The notes under the pieces were generated by a model. The model was given only the letters and a program-made list of their open reading frames with translations. It searched no databases and was not told where the DNA came from. A stretch of 57,694 nucleotides of DNA from Chthoniobacteraceae bacterium (GTDB taxonomy: Bacteria > Verrucomicrobiota > Verrucomicrobiia > Chthoniobacterales > Chthoniobacteraceae). The stretch covers positions 1 to 57,694 of the forward strand of contig JBBCKI010000059.1 of NCBI GenBank assembly GCA_037190965.1, read 5' to 3'. Positions 9,684 through 19,800 of the stretch are shown piece by piece (positions within the stretch are counted from its first letter, which is position 1; each line of letters opens with the position of its first letter). Made by a program: the position numbers and the translations under genes.

Positions 9684-12600
9684 CTAGAACTGAACCTTCA
9701 CCCCGCCGCTGATCATCTGGCTCTTAAAATCGCCCCGGCCAAAATCGGCATTGTAGTAAACGTTGGCGTTCCAGCGTTGGCCGACCTGCAAGTTCAAGCC
9801 GACTCCCGCGAAGACGGCATCGCGCTCCGGTGTCATCGTAACGACGTTGAAGCCGGGGCCGCTTCCACCGTCAAGCGCGGCTCCGATATCCCGGGAATCC
9901 TGAAGAAACTCATGCTGCCAGGTAATCCTGCCTTCCGGGACCAGCGCGACGTTCTCGTTGATCAGCCAGGAGAAGGCCACCCGGGCACCGAGGGTCGAGC
10001 GCAGGCTATGGGTCTCCTGTTCGTTGATCCTCAAGTTCAGGCTCCTTGCGCCTTCTTCGGTGAAGTCGTTGATATTCACGTAGGTGTATTGGCCGGAGGC
10101 GACCGGTCCGAACGTGAAGTTGCCCGCCTTCCAGTCGTAGCCGGTGCCAAGCATCGCGCTGAACTCGCCACCCTGAGGATTGCTCCGGGCGGTGCGGTCG
10201 ATGCTGCCGAAGTCGATCCTGCGCCGGACTTCGTAGTCAGAGAAACCGCCACCCAGCAACGCGTTTCCGTAGAAACCGTTCCCGGTATCAAGTGTCGCAT
10301 AAGCCCCGAAGCGCGCGGCATTGACTCGGGTTTTGCTGCCTCCATCGTAGCGGGCGTCGATGCGCTGATAGCCCGCATAGATCCCCGTCGCGAGGGTGTC
10401 GTTCCAGCGATAATCGGCCCCAAGGAGGAACCCGCCATTGTCGAAGCGGAAGTTGGGGATGCCGTTAAGCCCGGAGTTCTTTGCAAAGAGGCCGTTGCCC
10501 TGAACCCAGACTCCCCACGGATTATCCGCCGCCGGTTCCATGATACTGCGGGTTTCCTTGAACTCCTTGAATCCTTTGCCTTCCACCCTGCGACTCTCCG
10601 TAATGATCGGCGCGTCAAGGCCGATCTGCCTGAACCCGCCGATGCCAAGCCGCAACGCGCCGAAACGCTGCTGAAGCATCTGCCCCTGCGCATTGCTTTG
10701 TTCGATGGTGATGCGTCCCAGCGTTTCGTAGAAGGCTGGGGAGATCTGATCGAAGGCGTTGGGAAATTCCGACGCCTCAAGTTCGTCGAGGGCAATGCTG
10801 ACGGTCTCCCGGTCGCCGCCTTCTGCGTTGATGTAGTGATCGAGTGCCTTGGCGGTAGCCGTCTGGTTGGGAGTCTGCGCGACCTGCATGTAGCTCTCGG
10901 GCGCGACGAGCAAGGTTGCTTTCTGGGAGCCGGTCACGACGCGCCCACGGAACCCGGCGAGGATCTCTACGTCGTCAAATTCGCCGACAATTTTGCCCGC
11001 CTTCACAAACGTGAACTTTTGGCCATAATCAAAGCGATGGCCATCGTACGGAATGGCCACGACCGAGCCTGCCAGCGAAGCGGTTCCCGAGACGTGCAGC
11101 CGGTCGAAGTCGTTCTTCCCGGCGATCTCCAGCAGGAAGACGCTGCTGTCAGTCTGAGCATGGTTGCCGGTAACAGTGAGCGTTCCAGGCGAATTACCGG
11201 GGCTCAGGATGCCGTAGTTGACGACAGTGCCGCCAATGACGCCGCTCCCGCCGAGGAACGCGTCCGGATTAACCACCAGCCCGTCATCCGTGGTAAATCG
11301 CCCGTTCACGATGAGACCGCCATCCTCGATGACGGCTTCGCCATCGACATTCAAGTTCGCACCGTTGATGAGGATCCCTCTCCCGAGTTTGTGGAAGTCG
11401 CCAGGCGTCTCCACAAAATCCCCGGTCAACGCCGCGCTGCCATCGATAACGGTGAAGTTGCCGCTGGTGACGAAGAGGGTGTTGCTGACTTCAAGGGAAC
11501 TCTTGTCCTCGAAGAGGAGGGAGTTGACGGTATTGCTTTCCAGGGGCCCCTGGGTCGTGACGGTGCCGGAGACGAGAAAATTCGCATCCAGCGGAGTAAA
11601 GACTGGGGCAGAGTTTTGCAGTACCGGGCCCGAAGTTGCCCCCGTATAGTGAATCGTGAGTGTATTGTCCTCAAACGCGAACACCGGCGTGATTCCGTAG
11701 AAGGTATCGGCCTGGAAGTCCGATAGCGCGAAGCCGATGTTGTCGCAGAAGCTCAGGAGTGTATAGGTCTTGTTGATTTGGAAGCCTGTACCGGCGAGGC
11801 TGAAGACAAACGTCTCCGCATCGGTCCCCTTGATCAAATCACCCGTGATTTCGAGGGTGTCGACGTTCCCCTGCGAAAAGGCGATAACGCCGCCGTTCCA
11901 GGTGAAGCTGGAGATTGTCAACTTACCGATGGGGGCGAGTGTGGCATCGGCATTCAGGCTTACGGAACCGCTTCCCAGTGCCTGCGTGTTCCCGGTTTGC
12001 ACGGTGCCCGCGTTGATCACGGTGCCGCCGCTGTAGGTATTGCTCCCCAGCAGTTTTAAGGTGCCCGTGCCGCTCTTGGTCAATCCACCGGTTCCGCTCG
12101 CAATGATGCTGGAGATTGTCAGATCGCCGTCGGTGTCGACTGTGAACCCCAATTCCGAGGCAAGCTTCCCGTCCAGGATGGCGGCGTTGCCGGTTCCGGT
12201 GGTGATCGCTCCGGAACCAAGTTGGAGGGTGTTGTGAACGGTGATCGACCCGCCGCCATCGGCAAAGATGAGCGAGAGGACTTCGTTGCTTTCGCTCTCC
12301 TTTCCGGTCTCCACCGCGCCATCGACGGTAAACGGTCGATCTAGCGGAGTATTGATATCCGGGCTGTTCTGCAGGATTGGGCCGGTCATCGCCCCCAGAT
12401 AGATGATTTGCAGAGTGTTTCCCGAGTTAATGAGACGGAACTCGGAAGTCAGGCCGTCGAACGATGTGGCGATAAGCCCATCCAGAGTGAAAGCGGTGCC
12501 GTCGCCGAAGGTCAGGAGTGTGTAGGCCGTGTTGGCGGCAAAGCCGGTGCCCGTGCTGATGGAGAACTCACGCCCCCCGCCGGAGTTATCAAACGCGCCG

Positions 12601-15600
12601 GTGACATGAATCGTCGTCGTTGCACCGCCAATCGTCTGGCGGATCACGCCCGCTTCCCAAATGAAGTCGCCACCGATGGTCAGTTCGCTCGAGAGATCCA
12701 GCGTGCCCAGGCTCTGGAGAGTGACGCTGCCCGTCCCGAGAGCGTGTTCATTCTCCGTGTGCACCGTGCCGTTGGCAATGACCGTGCCGCCGCTATAGCT
12801 GTTGGAAGCGGACAGTGTCAGCGCTCCCGCGCCGGTTTTCCGCAGGGCGCTCGTGCCGGTGATGGAGGCGGCAACCTCGGTGCCGACATCCTCGGCAATC
12901 CAAAGCTCGGAGAAAGAGCCACTGGTGACCAATGATCCGCCGCCGCTCGCGAGTTGGTAGCCGTCCGTGTCGAACTGAAGCTGCGAGAAGGTCACATCAT
13001 CGGCCACCGAAACGGTGCCCCCCGTACCACCGAAAACGCCGACGACACCTTGCCATTCGGTATTGAGTGAGGCGTTGCTGTTGGTCCAGTTCTTCCCATC
13101 GTTGCTCCAGGTGCCGTTGCCGCCGGAGATGGAACCGTCGGCCGAGGTTTGGCTGCCGTCCCAATATTGAATGGTGACGGTATTGTCCACCGTCAGCTTC
13201 ACGGCCCCGGCGGTGGAGAGATCGACAACGAAATTCGCGCGGTTCCAGCCCGTGGGGACGAGATTGAGTTCGAAATAGTTGTTGGTCAGCGCTCCTCCGT
13301 AGGTGAAGAGGGTATAGCTGGTGTTGGAAAAGCCGCCGCTGTTGGAGAGATTCAGAACGCCGCCGATCGTCAGATTGCCCGTGACCGCGATAAGATCACT
13401 GGATGTCCCAAGCTCGAAAGTCGAGACCGCGCCGGAATTCAGAGTCAGCGAGCCGAGCGTCAAGGTTCCGGGGCTGTTGCCCGCGGAGATCCCGCCGCCA
13501 CTAAGTACATTGACCGCACCGGCGATGGTGCCCGAGCCGGCGAGCGTTCCGCCGTTGTGGATAGTCACTAGCGTGCTGCTGGTCAGCGCTCCGTTGACGC
13601 GGAGTGTCCCCGCCTTCACATCGGTCGCGCCTGTATAGGTATTCGTCGCGGTGAGAATCGTCGTGCCGCTGCCGGATTGAGTCAGGCTGCCACTGCCGCT
13701 GATGACATTGTTTACCGTGAGGGAATCCGAACGATTGAACGCCAGGGCTCCGCTGTTCAGGACTGCGCCCGAACCAAGGGTGCCTGAAGTGCCGCCGCTC
13801 CCGACCTGGAGCGTGCCGGACTGGATCCTCGTGTTCCCCGCATAGCTGTTGCTGCCGGTAAGAATGAGCGTCCCGGTGCCCGATTGGGTGAGCGATCCGG
13901 TCCCGCTGACTGCCCCACTATAGGTTAGCGAGTCTGAACGCTTGAAGACGAGCGCGCCGCTGTTTATCACATTCCCCGTCAGGCTGCCGGTCGTGCCGCT
14001 GTTTCCGATCTGGAGCGTACCGCTGCCGACGGTCGTTACTCCTGTAAAGGTATTGCTGCCCGTGAGGATCAGCGTGGCCGTCCCGCTCTTGATTAGCGAA
14101 CCCGTCCCGCTGATGGCCCCGGCAAAGGTGAGATCGTTCGAGCGGTTGAAGACGAGCGTGCCGTTATCGACCACGTTGCCCGTCAGGCTGCCGATCGTGC
14201 CGCCATTGCCGATTTGCAGCGTGCCGGAATTGATTGTCGTGCCGCCGCTGTAGGTATTGGTGCCCGTGAGAATCAACGTGCCGCTGCCCGATTGGACAAG
14301 CTTTCCCGTGCCGCTGATCGCGGTGGAGGATGTCGTCGTGTCCGAGCGATTAAAATCAAGGGTTCCGGCATTGGAGACGCTTCCGCCGATGGCCCCGGTG
14401 GTGCCGCTGTTGCCGATCTGCAACGTTCCCCCGGTAATGGTGACCGCCCGGGTTGTGGAGAGATTGTTGTCGATGATCCAGGTGCCCGCATCTTGTTTGG
14501 TGAGCGTGCCGCTTGTAGTCGTCGTCCCGGTTACGGCGGTGGAATAGAGTTGGCTGCCGGTCGTTCCGCCGAGAATCAGGCGGGAACTACTTGATGTGCC
14601 CATCAACAGGTTGCCGTTGATGACGGAGCCGGTCTTAAGCGTAACGCTATTGGCGTAATTATCCATGCGCACCCCACCATTGATGGTGCCGGTATTCACC
14701 AGCGTTCCCGGGTCTCCCGCGAAGCGAACCCCCATGGCGGTCGTCCCCGTGGTCAATGTTTTGCTGATGATGCCATCGTTGGTGACGCTCCCGCCGCCGG
14801 ACAGATAGACGCCATACGTCCGGCCAATAATGGTGGAGTCCACCCCGTTGTTGACCGTCCCCGGCGCTGAGGCCATGGTGCTATCCATGTAAATCCCCGC
14901 GACGCCCGAAGAGGTGGTGCTCGACGTGATGATGCTTCCGCCGGTGTTATTAATAACCGCCCTCGACATCATCCAACTATTGGTGGCCCAGATACCGTAC
15001 TCACCCCCACGAATGACACTGGAGCCGGAGTTGGTCACGGAGGGATCGGAGACGTACTTTCCTCCCACGTCGATCATGACTGCCGTGTCATACGGGTCGG
15101 TGACCGCGATCGTGCTGCCGCCGGTGTTGGTCAGCGCGCCGGAGGCGAACGAAACGCTGCCGTTGATCGTGCTGGAACCGGTGTTGAGGATTTTGGTCAT
15201 GCCGGGCAGCCCTTCACCTGCATGAACGTTTCCGTTGATGATGCCCCCGGCTTCATTGGTCACATCACCGTGAGTATTGAGATAAATGGCCAGGCCCCAG
15301 GGGTCGGTAGTTGTGATAACCCCTCCCGTATTACGCACTTTGTTGCCCGTCGTATCGTCGGCATCGCTATAGATGACGTACTCTCCGCCGCTGATCGTCC
15401 CCGTGTTGACGACGTTGAGATTCGTATTGAAGGAATAGATGAGATATGAAGTGGTGCCGCTGATAACCCCCGCGTTGTTGACAGTGCCGCTGTTTTCCAC
15501 CTGAACCGCTTTGGTCAGGTTGATGCCGCTGTTCACTTTCAGAGTGGCGTTGCTTCCGTCCACAAGGACTGAGGCGGGATAGGCATACGGCCCCAGCGCG

Positions 15601-16691
15601 TGATCATCGGCCATCACAAGCGTCCCGTTCGAGATGGTCGTCTTTCCCGTGTAGCTGTTGCTGCCGGTCAGCGTGAGCGTACCGCTGCCAAGCATCTTCA
15701 ACTGCCCGGTGCCGCTGATGACATTGCTGACCGTAATGGCATCGGAACGGTTGAACGCCAGTGTGCCGCTGTTCACGACAGCGCCGCTCCCGAGGGTTCC
15801 CGACGTACCGCCGTTGCCGATCTGGAGGGTGCCCGCATTGATCGTAGTAATGCCGGTATAGGTGTTTGTGCCGGTGAGAATCGTGGTGCCGGTGGCGGAA
15901 TGAGTCAGCTTCAGCGAACCCTCGAGGTTGGGCGCAAAGGTGTAAGAGGAATCGGTCTGGCTGAAGATCACCTCCGCGGTGCCAGTTCCTCCTGAAACCG
16001 ATGGAGCGACGATGGTGCCGGCGGTCAAGCCATCGCCGATCTTCAAGGTGCCTTTTGAACCGGCTTCATCCCCCAGGACAATGCCAGTGGCGACATCGAG
16101 AGTCCCTCCTTCGCGGACCGTCACAGAACCCTGGCCTACGCTTCCGATGTCCAGCGCGAACAGACTCGTCACCGTCCACTTGGATCCGGAGCCTGAAATG
16201 AGGACACTGCCTGTCGCGGCAGTGCCGCTGGCGATGGTGGCGCTGCGGCTCCAAACCGAAGCGCCATCGAGGATGTCCAGAGCTCCGGTACCGCGGAGGC
16301 CGATGTAACTGTAGGTGTTGGAGTTTAGCGACAGGCTTGAATTCGATCCCGTGACCGTCATAAAGCCGGCGGTGCCTGCCGATGTCCCCAGGCTGAAATC
16401 CATTGCTGTCAGCGTGCCGCCATTCTCTATGGTCAGGGTGCCGTTACTGCTACTGATTCCGACATGGAGATTGCCCGCCTCTCCCTGCGCGTTACTGAGG
16501 GAGACAATTCCGCCGTTATTGATGGCGGCCAATTGTCCGGCGACAGGAATCCCGTTGGTCCAGTTCGCGCCGTTGGTCCAATCGCCCGTCCCTGAATTCC
16601 AATAGGTCTGCGCGCCAAGTGGCGTTGTGGTGGCGAGAAGAAGGGGAAAAAACCACCTCACAGGACGAAGGGCTGGATGACGGGACGGCAT
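9684..16691 (-). CDS. Giant autotransporter (type Va) with passenger-associated beta-strand repeats, 2335 aa
   Basis: Signal peptide MPSRHPALRPVRWFFPLLLA; many GTLILTGSNSYTGxTTINSGTLQIG repeats; PGNSPG motifs; C-terminal beta-barrel ending in VKVQF. Confidence 0.92.
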   Translation of the reverse strand: MPSRHPALRPVRWFFPLLLATTTPLGAQTYWNSGTGDWTNGANWTNGIPVAGQLAAINNGGIVSLSNAQGEAGNLHVGISSSNGTLTIENGGTLTAMDFSLGTSAGTAGFMTVTGSNSSLSLNSNTYSYIGLRGTGALDILDGASVWSRSATIASGTAATGSVLISGSGSKWTVTSLFALDIGSVGQGSVTVREGGTLDVATGIVLGDEAGSKGTLKIGDGLTAGTIVAPSVSGGTGTAEVIFSQTDSSYTFAPNLEGSLKLTHSATGTTILTGTNTYTGITTINAGTLQIGNGGTSGTLGSGAVVNSGTLAFNRSDAITVSNVISGTGQLKMLGSGTLTLTGSNSYTGKTTISNGTLVMADDHALGPYAYPASVLVDGSNATLKVNSGINLTKAVQVENSGTVNNAGVISGTTSYLIYSFNTNLNVVNTGTISGGEYVIYSDADDTTGNKVRNTGGVITTTDPWGLAIYLNTHGDVTNEAGGIINGNVHAGEGLPGMTKILNTGSSTINGSVSFASGALTNTGGSTIAVTDPYDTAVMIDVGGKYVSDPSVTNSGSSVIRGGEYGIWATNSWMMSRAVINNTGGSIITSSTTSSGVAGIYMDSTMASAPGTVNNGVDSTIIGRTYGVYLSGGGSVTNDGIISKTLTTGTTAMGVRFAGDPGTLVNTGTINGGVRMDNYANSVTLKTGSVINGNLLMGTSSSSRLILGGTTGSQLYSTAVTGTTTTSGTLTKQDAGTWIIDNNLSTTRAVTITGGTLQIGNSGTTGAIGGSVSNAGTLDFNRSDTTTSSTAISGTGKLVQSGSGTLILTGTNTYSGGTTINSGTLQIGNGGTIGSLTGNVVDNGTLVFNRSNDLTFAGAISGTGSLIKSGTATLILTGSNTFTGVTTVGSGTLQIGNSGTTGSLTGNVINSGALVFKRSDSLTYSGAVSGTGSLTQSGTGTLILTGSNSYAGNTRIQSGTLQVGSGGTSGTLGSGAVLNSGALAFNRSDSLTVNNVISGSGSLTQSGSGTTILTATNTYTGATDVKAGTLRVNGALTSSTLVTIHNGGTLAGSGTIAGAVNVLSGGGISAGNSPGTLTLGSLTLNSGAVSTFELGTSSDLIAVTGNLTIGGVLNLSNSGGFSNTSYTLFTYGGALTNNYFELNLVPTGWNRANFVVDLSTAGAVKLTVDNTVTIQYWDGSQTSADGSISGGNGTWSNDGKNWTNSNASLNTEWQGVVGVFGGTGGTVSVADDVTFSQLQFDTDGYQLASGGGSLVTSGSFSELWIAEDVGTEVAASITGTSALRKTGAGALTLSASNSYSGGTVIANGTVHTENEHALGTGSVTLQSLGTLDLSSELTIGGDFIWEAGVIRQTIGGATTTIHVTGAFDNSGGGREFSISTGTGFAANTAYTLLTFGDGTAFTLDGLIATSFDGLTSEFRLINSGNTLQIIYLGAMTGPILQNSPDINTPLDRPFTVDGAVETGKESESNEVLSLIFADGGGSITVHNTLQLGSGAITTGTGNAAILDGKLASELGFTVDTDGDLTISSIIASGTGGLTKSGTGTLKLLGSNTYSGGTVINAGTVQTGNTQALGSGSVSLNADATLAPIGKLTISSFTWNGGVIAFSQGNVDTLEITGDLIKGTDAETFVFSLAGTGFQINKTYTLLSFCDNIGFALSDFQADTFYGITPVFAFEDNTLTIHYTGATSGPVLQNSAPVFTPLDANFLVSGTVTTQGPLESNTVNSLLFEDKSSLEVSNTLFVTSGNFTVIDGSAALTGDFVETPGDFHKLGRGILINGANLNVDGEAVIEDGGLIVNGRFTTDDGLVVNPDAFLGGSGVIGGTVVNYGILSPGNSPGTLTVTGNHAQTDSSVFLLEIAGKNDFDRLHVSGTASLAGSVVAIPYDGHRFDYGQKFTFVKAGKIVGEFDDVEILAGFRGRVVTGSQKATLLVAPESYMQVAQTPNQTATAKALDHYINAEGGDRETVSIALDELEASEFPNAFDQISPAFYETLGRITIEQSNAQGQMLQQRFGALRLGIGGFRQIGLDAPIITESRRVEGKGFKEFKETRSIMEPAADNPWGVWVQGNGLFAKNSGLNGIPNFRFDNGGFLLGADYRWNDTLATGIYAGYQRIDARYDGGSKTRVNAARFGAYATLDTGNGFYGNALLGGGFSDYEVRRRIDFGSIDRTARSNPQGGEFSAMLGTGYDWKAGNFTFGPVASGQYTYVNINDFTEEGARSLNLRINEQETHSLRSTLGARVAFSWLINENVALVPEGRITWQHEFLQDSRDIGAALDGGSGPGFNVVTMTPERDAVFAGVGLNLQVGQRWNANVYYNADFGRGDFKSQMISGGVKVQF

Positions 16692-16738
16692 ATCCCAATG
16701 ATAGGCAATGATTTGCCCCCCCAATGGCAATTAAACTG

Positions 16739-16772
16739 TGACGAACGGCATGAAAAAGCTGACCAACGGTAT
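16739..16772 (-). promoter_or_regulatory. LytTR-type direct-repeat binding site upstream of autotransporter 1
   Basis: Minus strand ATACCGTTGGTCA and ATGCCGTTCGTCA with 21-bp period. Confidence 0.75.
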
Positions 16773-16842
16773 AAAAGACGTGGAAAGAGGCCTCGGTAAA
16801 AGGATGATCCAGGGGACGGGAGAATCGAAAGGAAACGTGTAA

Positions 16843-19800
16843 TTAGAATCGGAGGTTCAGCCCGCCGCTGATCATCTGGCTCCTGAAGTCGCCCCGGCCG
16901 AAGTCGGCGTTGTAGTAGACGTTGGCATTCCAGCGTTCGCCGACCTGCAAGTTCAACCCGACGCCCGCGAAGACGGCATCGCGTTCCGGTGTCGTCGTTA
17001 CGACATTGAAGCCAGGGCCTCTGCCGCCATCCAGCGCGGCTCCGATGTCGCGCGAATCCTGGAGGAACTCGTGCTGCCACGTGACCCGACCTTCGGGAAC
17101 CAGCGCAACCCCTTCATTGATCTGCCAGCAATAGGCTATCCTGGCTCCCAAGGTGGAGCGCAGGCTGTGGGCTTCCTGATCGTTGACCTTCAGGTTCAAA
17201 CTGCGTGCACCCTCTTCAGTGACACCGTCAATATTCACGTAGGTGTACTGCCCCGAGGCAACCGGCCCAAACGTGAGGTTACCTGCTTTCCAGTCATAGC
17301 CGGTGCCGAGCATCGCGCTGAATTCACCGCCATGCGGGTTGCTCCGGGCCGTGCGGTCGATGCTGCCGAAGTCGATCGTGCGCCGGACTTCGTAGTCCGA
17401 GTAGCCGCCGCCCACCAGCGCGTTTCCGTAGAAGCCGTTGCCCGAATCGAGGGTCGCATAAGCCCCGAAACGCGCGGCATTGACGTTGGTCCTGCTGCCG
17501 CCGTCGTAACGGGCGTCGATGCGCTGGTAGCCCGCGTAGATCCCCGTCGCGAGGGCACTGTTCCAGCGATAATCGGCCCCAAGAAGGAAACCGCCACTGT
17601 CGAAGCGGAAGTTGGGAACCCCGTTGAGCCCCGAGTTCTTCGCAAAGAGACCGTTGCCCTGAACCCAGATTCCCCACGGATTGTCCGCCGCCGGTTCCAT
17701 GATGTTGCGGGTTTCCTTGAGTTCCTTGAACTGCTTGCCCTCGGTGATGATGGGGGCATCGAGGCCGACCTGCCTGAAGCCGCCACCGCCCAGCCGTAGC
17801 GCGCCGAAACGCTGTTGGAGCATCTGCCCCTGCGCGTTGCTTTGCTCGATAGTGATGCGGGCAAGACTTTCGTAGAAGGTGGGAGCGATCTGATCAAAAG
17901 CGTCAGGGAATTCCGATGCCTTAAGTTCGTCGAGCGCGATGCTCACCGTCTCGCGATCGCCTTCGTCGGCGTCGATAAAGGAATCGAGCGCCTTGGCGGT
18001 GGTCTTCTGATTCGGAGTCTGCGCGACTTGAGTGTAGCTCTCGGGAGCCACGAGAAGCGTTGCTTTCCGCGGCTTCAACAAGACGCGGCCACGGAGGCCG
18101 GAGGAGAGGTCCACATCGTCAAACTCGCCGACAATCTTGCCGGCATTTACAACGGTGAACTTCTGGCCGTATTCGAGCTTGTAACCATCGTACGGAGTAA
18201 CAGCTAGCGATCCTGCAAGGGTGGCGGTGCCCGAAACCAGCAGTCGGTCGAAGTCGTTCTTCCCGGCGATCTCCATGAGGAAGACGCTGCTTGAGGTTTG
18301 CGTATGGTTTCCAATGACAGTGAGCGTTCCCGGTGAGTTGCCGGGAGAGAGGATGCCGTGGTTGACGACGTTGCCGTCAATGACACCGCTGCCGCCGAGC
18401 AGCGCGTTCTGATAAACGACAAGGCCGCTGCCGGTGGCGAGTTCACCGTTCACGATGAGGCCGCCGGCCTCGATGGTGCCTTCGCCATCGACGTTCAGGT
18501 TCACATCGGTAACGAGAATGCCTTCGCCAAGTTTGTGAAAATCACCCGGCGTTTTAACTTCATCTCCGGTCAACGTCGCGCGGCCGTCGATGACGGTGAA
18601 GTTGCCGCTGGTGACTGTCAGGGTATTGCTCACGTCAAGCGAGCTCTCATCCTCAAAGAGGAGGGAGTTGACGGTGTTGCTTTCCAGCGGCCCCTGGGTC
18701 GTTACGGTTCCGGAGACGAGGAAATTCGCATCCAGCGGGGTGAAAATCGGGCCGGAGTTTTGCAGCACCGAGCCTGATGTCGCACCGGTATAGTGAATCG
18801 TAAGGGTGTTGTCCACAAAAGCGAACAGCGGCATGATTCCATAGAAGGCGGTGGCCGAAAAGTCCGAAAAGTCGAAACCGACGTAGTCGTCAAAAGTCAA
18901 CAGCGTGTAGGTCTGGTTGATATTGAACCCACTGCTGGCGAGACTGAATACAAACGGTTCGCTGTTGCTTCCCTTAATGAAATTCCCGGCAATCTCGATC
19001 CGGTCAGTGTCACCCTGCGAGATGGAGATGACGCCGCCATCCCAAACGAAGTCGCCACCCACGGAGAGTTTCCCGGCGAGCTCGAGCGTACCCAGGCTTT
19101 GGAGCGTAACGTCTCCGGTTCCAAAGGCGTTGCTGTTCTCCGTTCGCACCGTGCCGTTGGCGATGGTGGTACCGCCGCTGTAGGAATTGGAGCTGGTGAG
19201 CACGAGTGTTCCTTCGCCCGTCTTCCGCAGGCCGCTGGTGCCGGTGATGGAGGCAGCGATCTCCGCACTGACATCCGTTCCCGTCCATAGTTCCGAGAAG
19301 CTGCCGCCGGTAACCAGAGACCCGCCGCCGTTCGTGAGCTGGTAACCGTCGGTCTCAAACTGAAGCTGCGAGAAACTCACATCGTCCGCGACGGCGACTG
19401 TTCCCGCTGTTCCGCCGAACACACCAACGACGCCTTGCCAATTGGTATTGAGCGAGCCGTTACTATTGGTCCAGTTGATCCCGGTGCTGCTCCAGGTCCC
19501 ATTGCCGCCGGACATTGAGCCGTCGAGATTGGATGAGCCATCCCAATATTGGATGGTCACCGTGTTATCGACCAGCAGCTTCACCGAACCGGCAGTGGAG
19601 AGATCGATCGCGAAATTCGCGCGGTTCCAGCCACCGGGAACGAGGTTGAGTTCGAAGTAATTGTTGGTCAGCGTACCGCCATAGGTAAAGAGGCTATAGC
19701 TGGTGTTGGCGAACCCTCCGCTATTGGAGAGGTTCAAGATACCGCCAATGGTCAGATTGCCGCTGACGGCGATCAGATCGCTGGAACTCCCGAGTTCGAA

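Noticed and set aside
13600..15900. Periodic DNA repeats inside the autotransporters as a CRISPR or tandem array
   Set aside because: They are in-frame protein repeats with synonymous variation and no unique spacers
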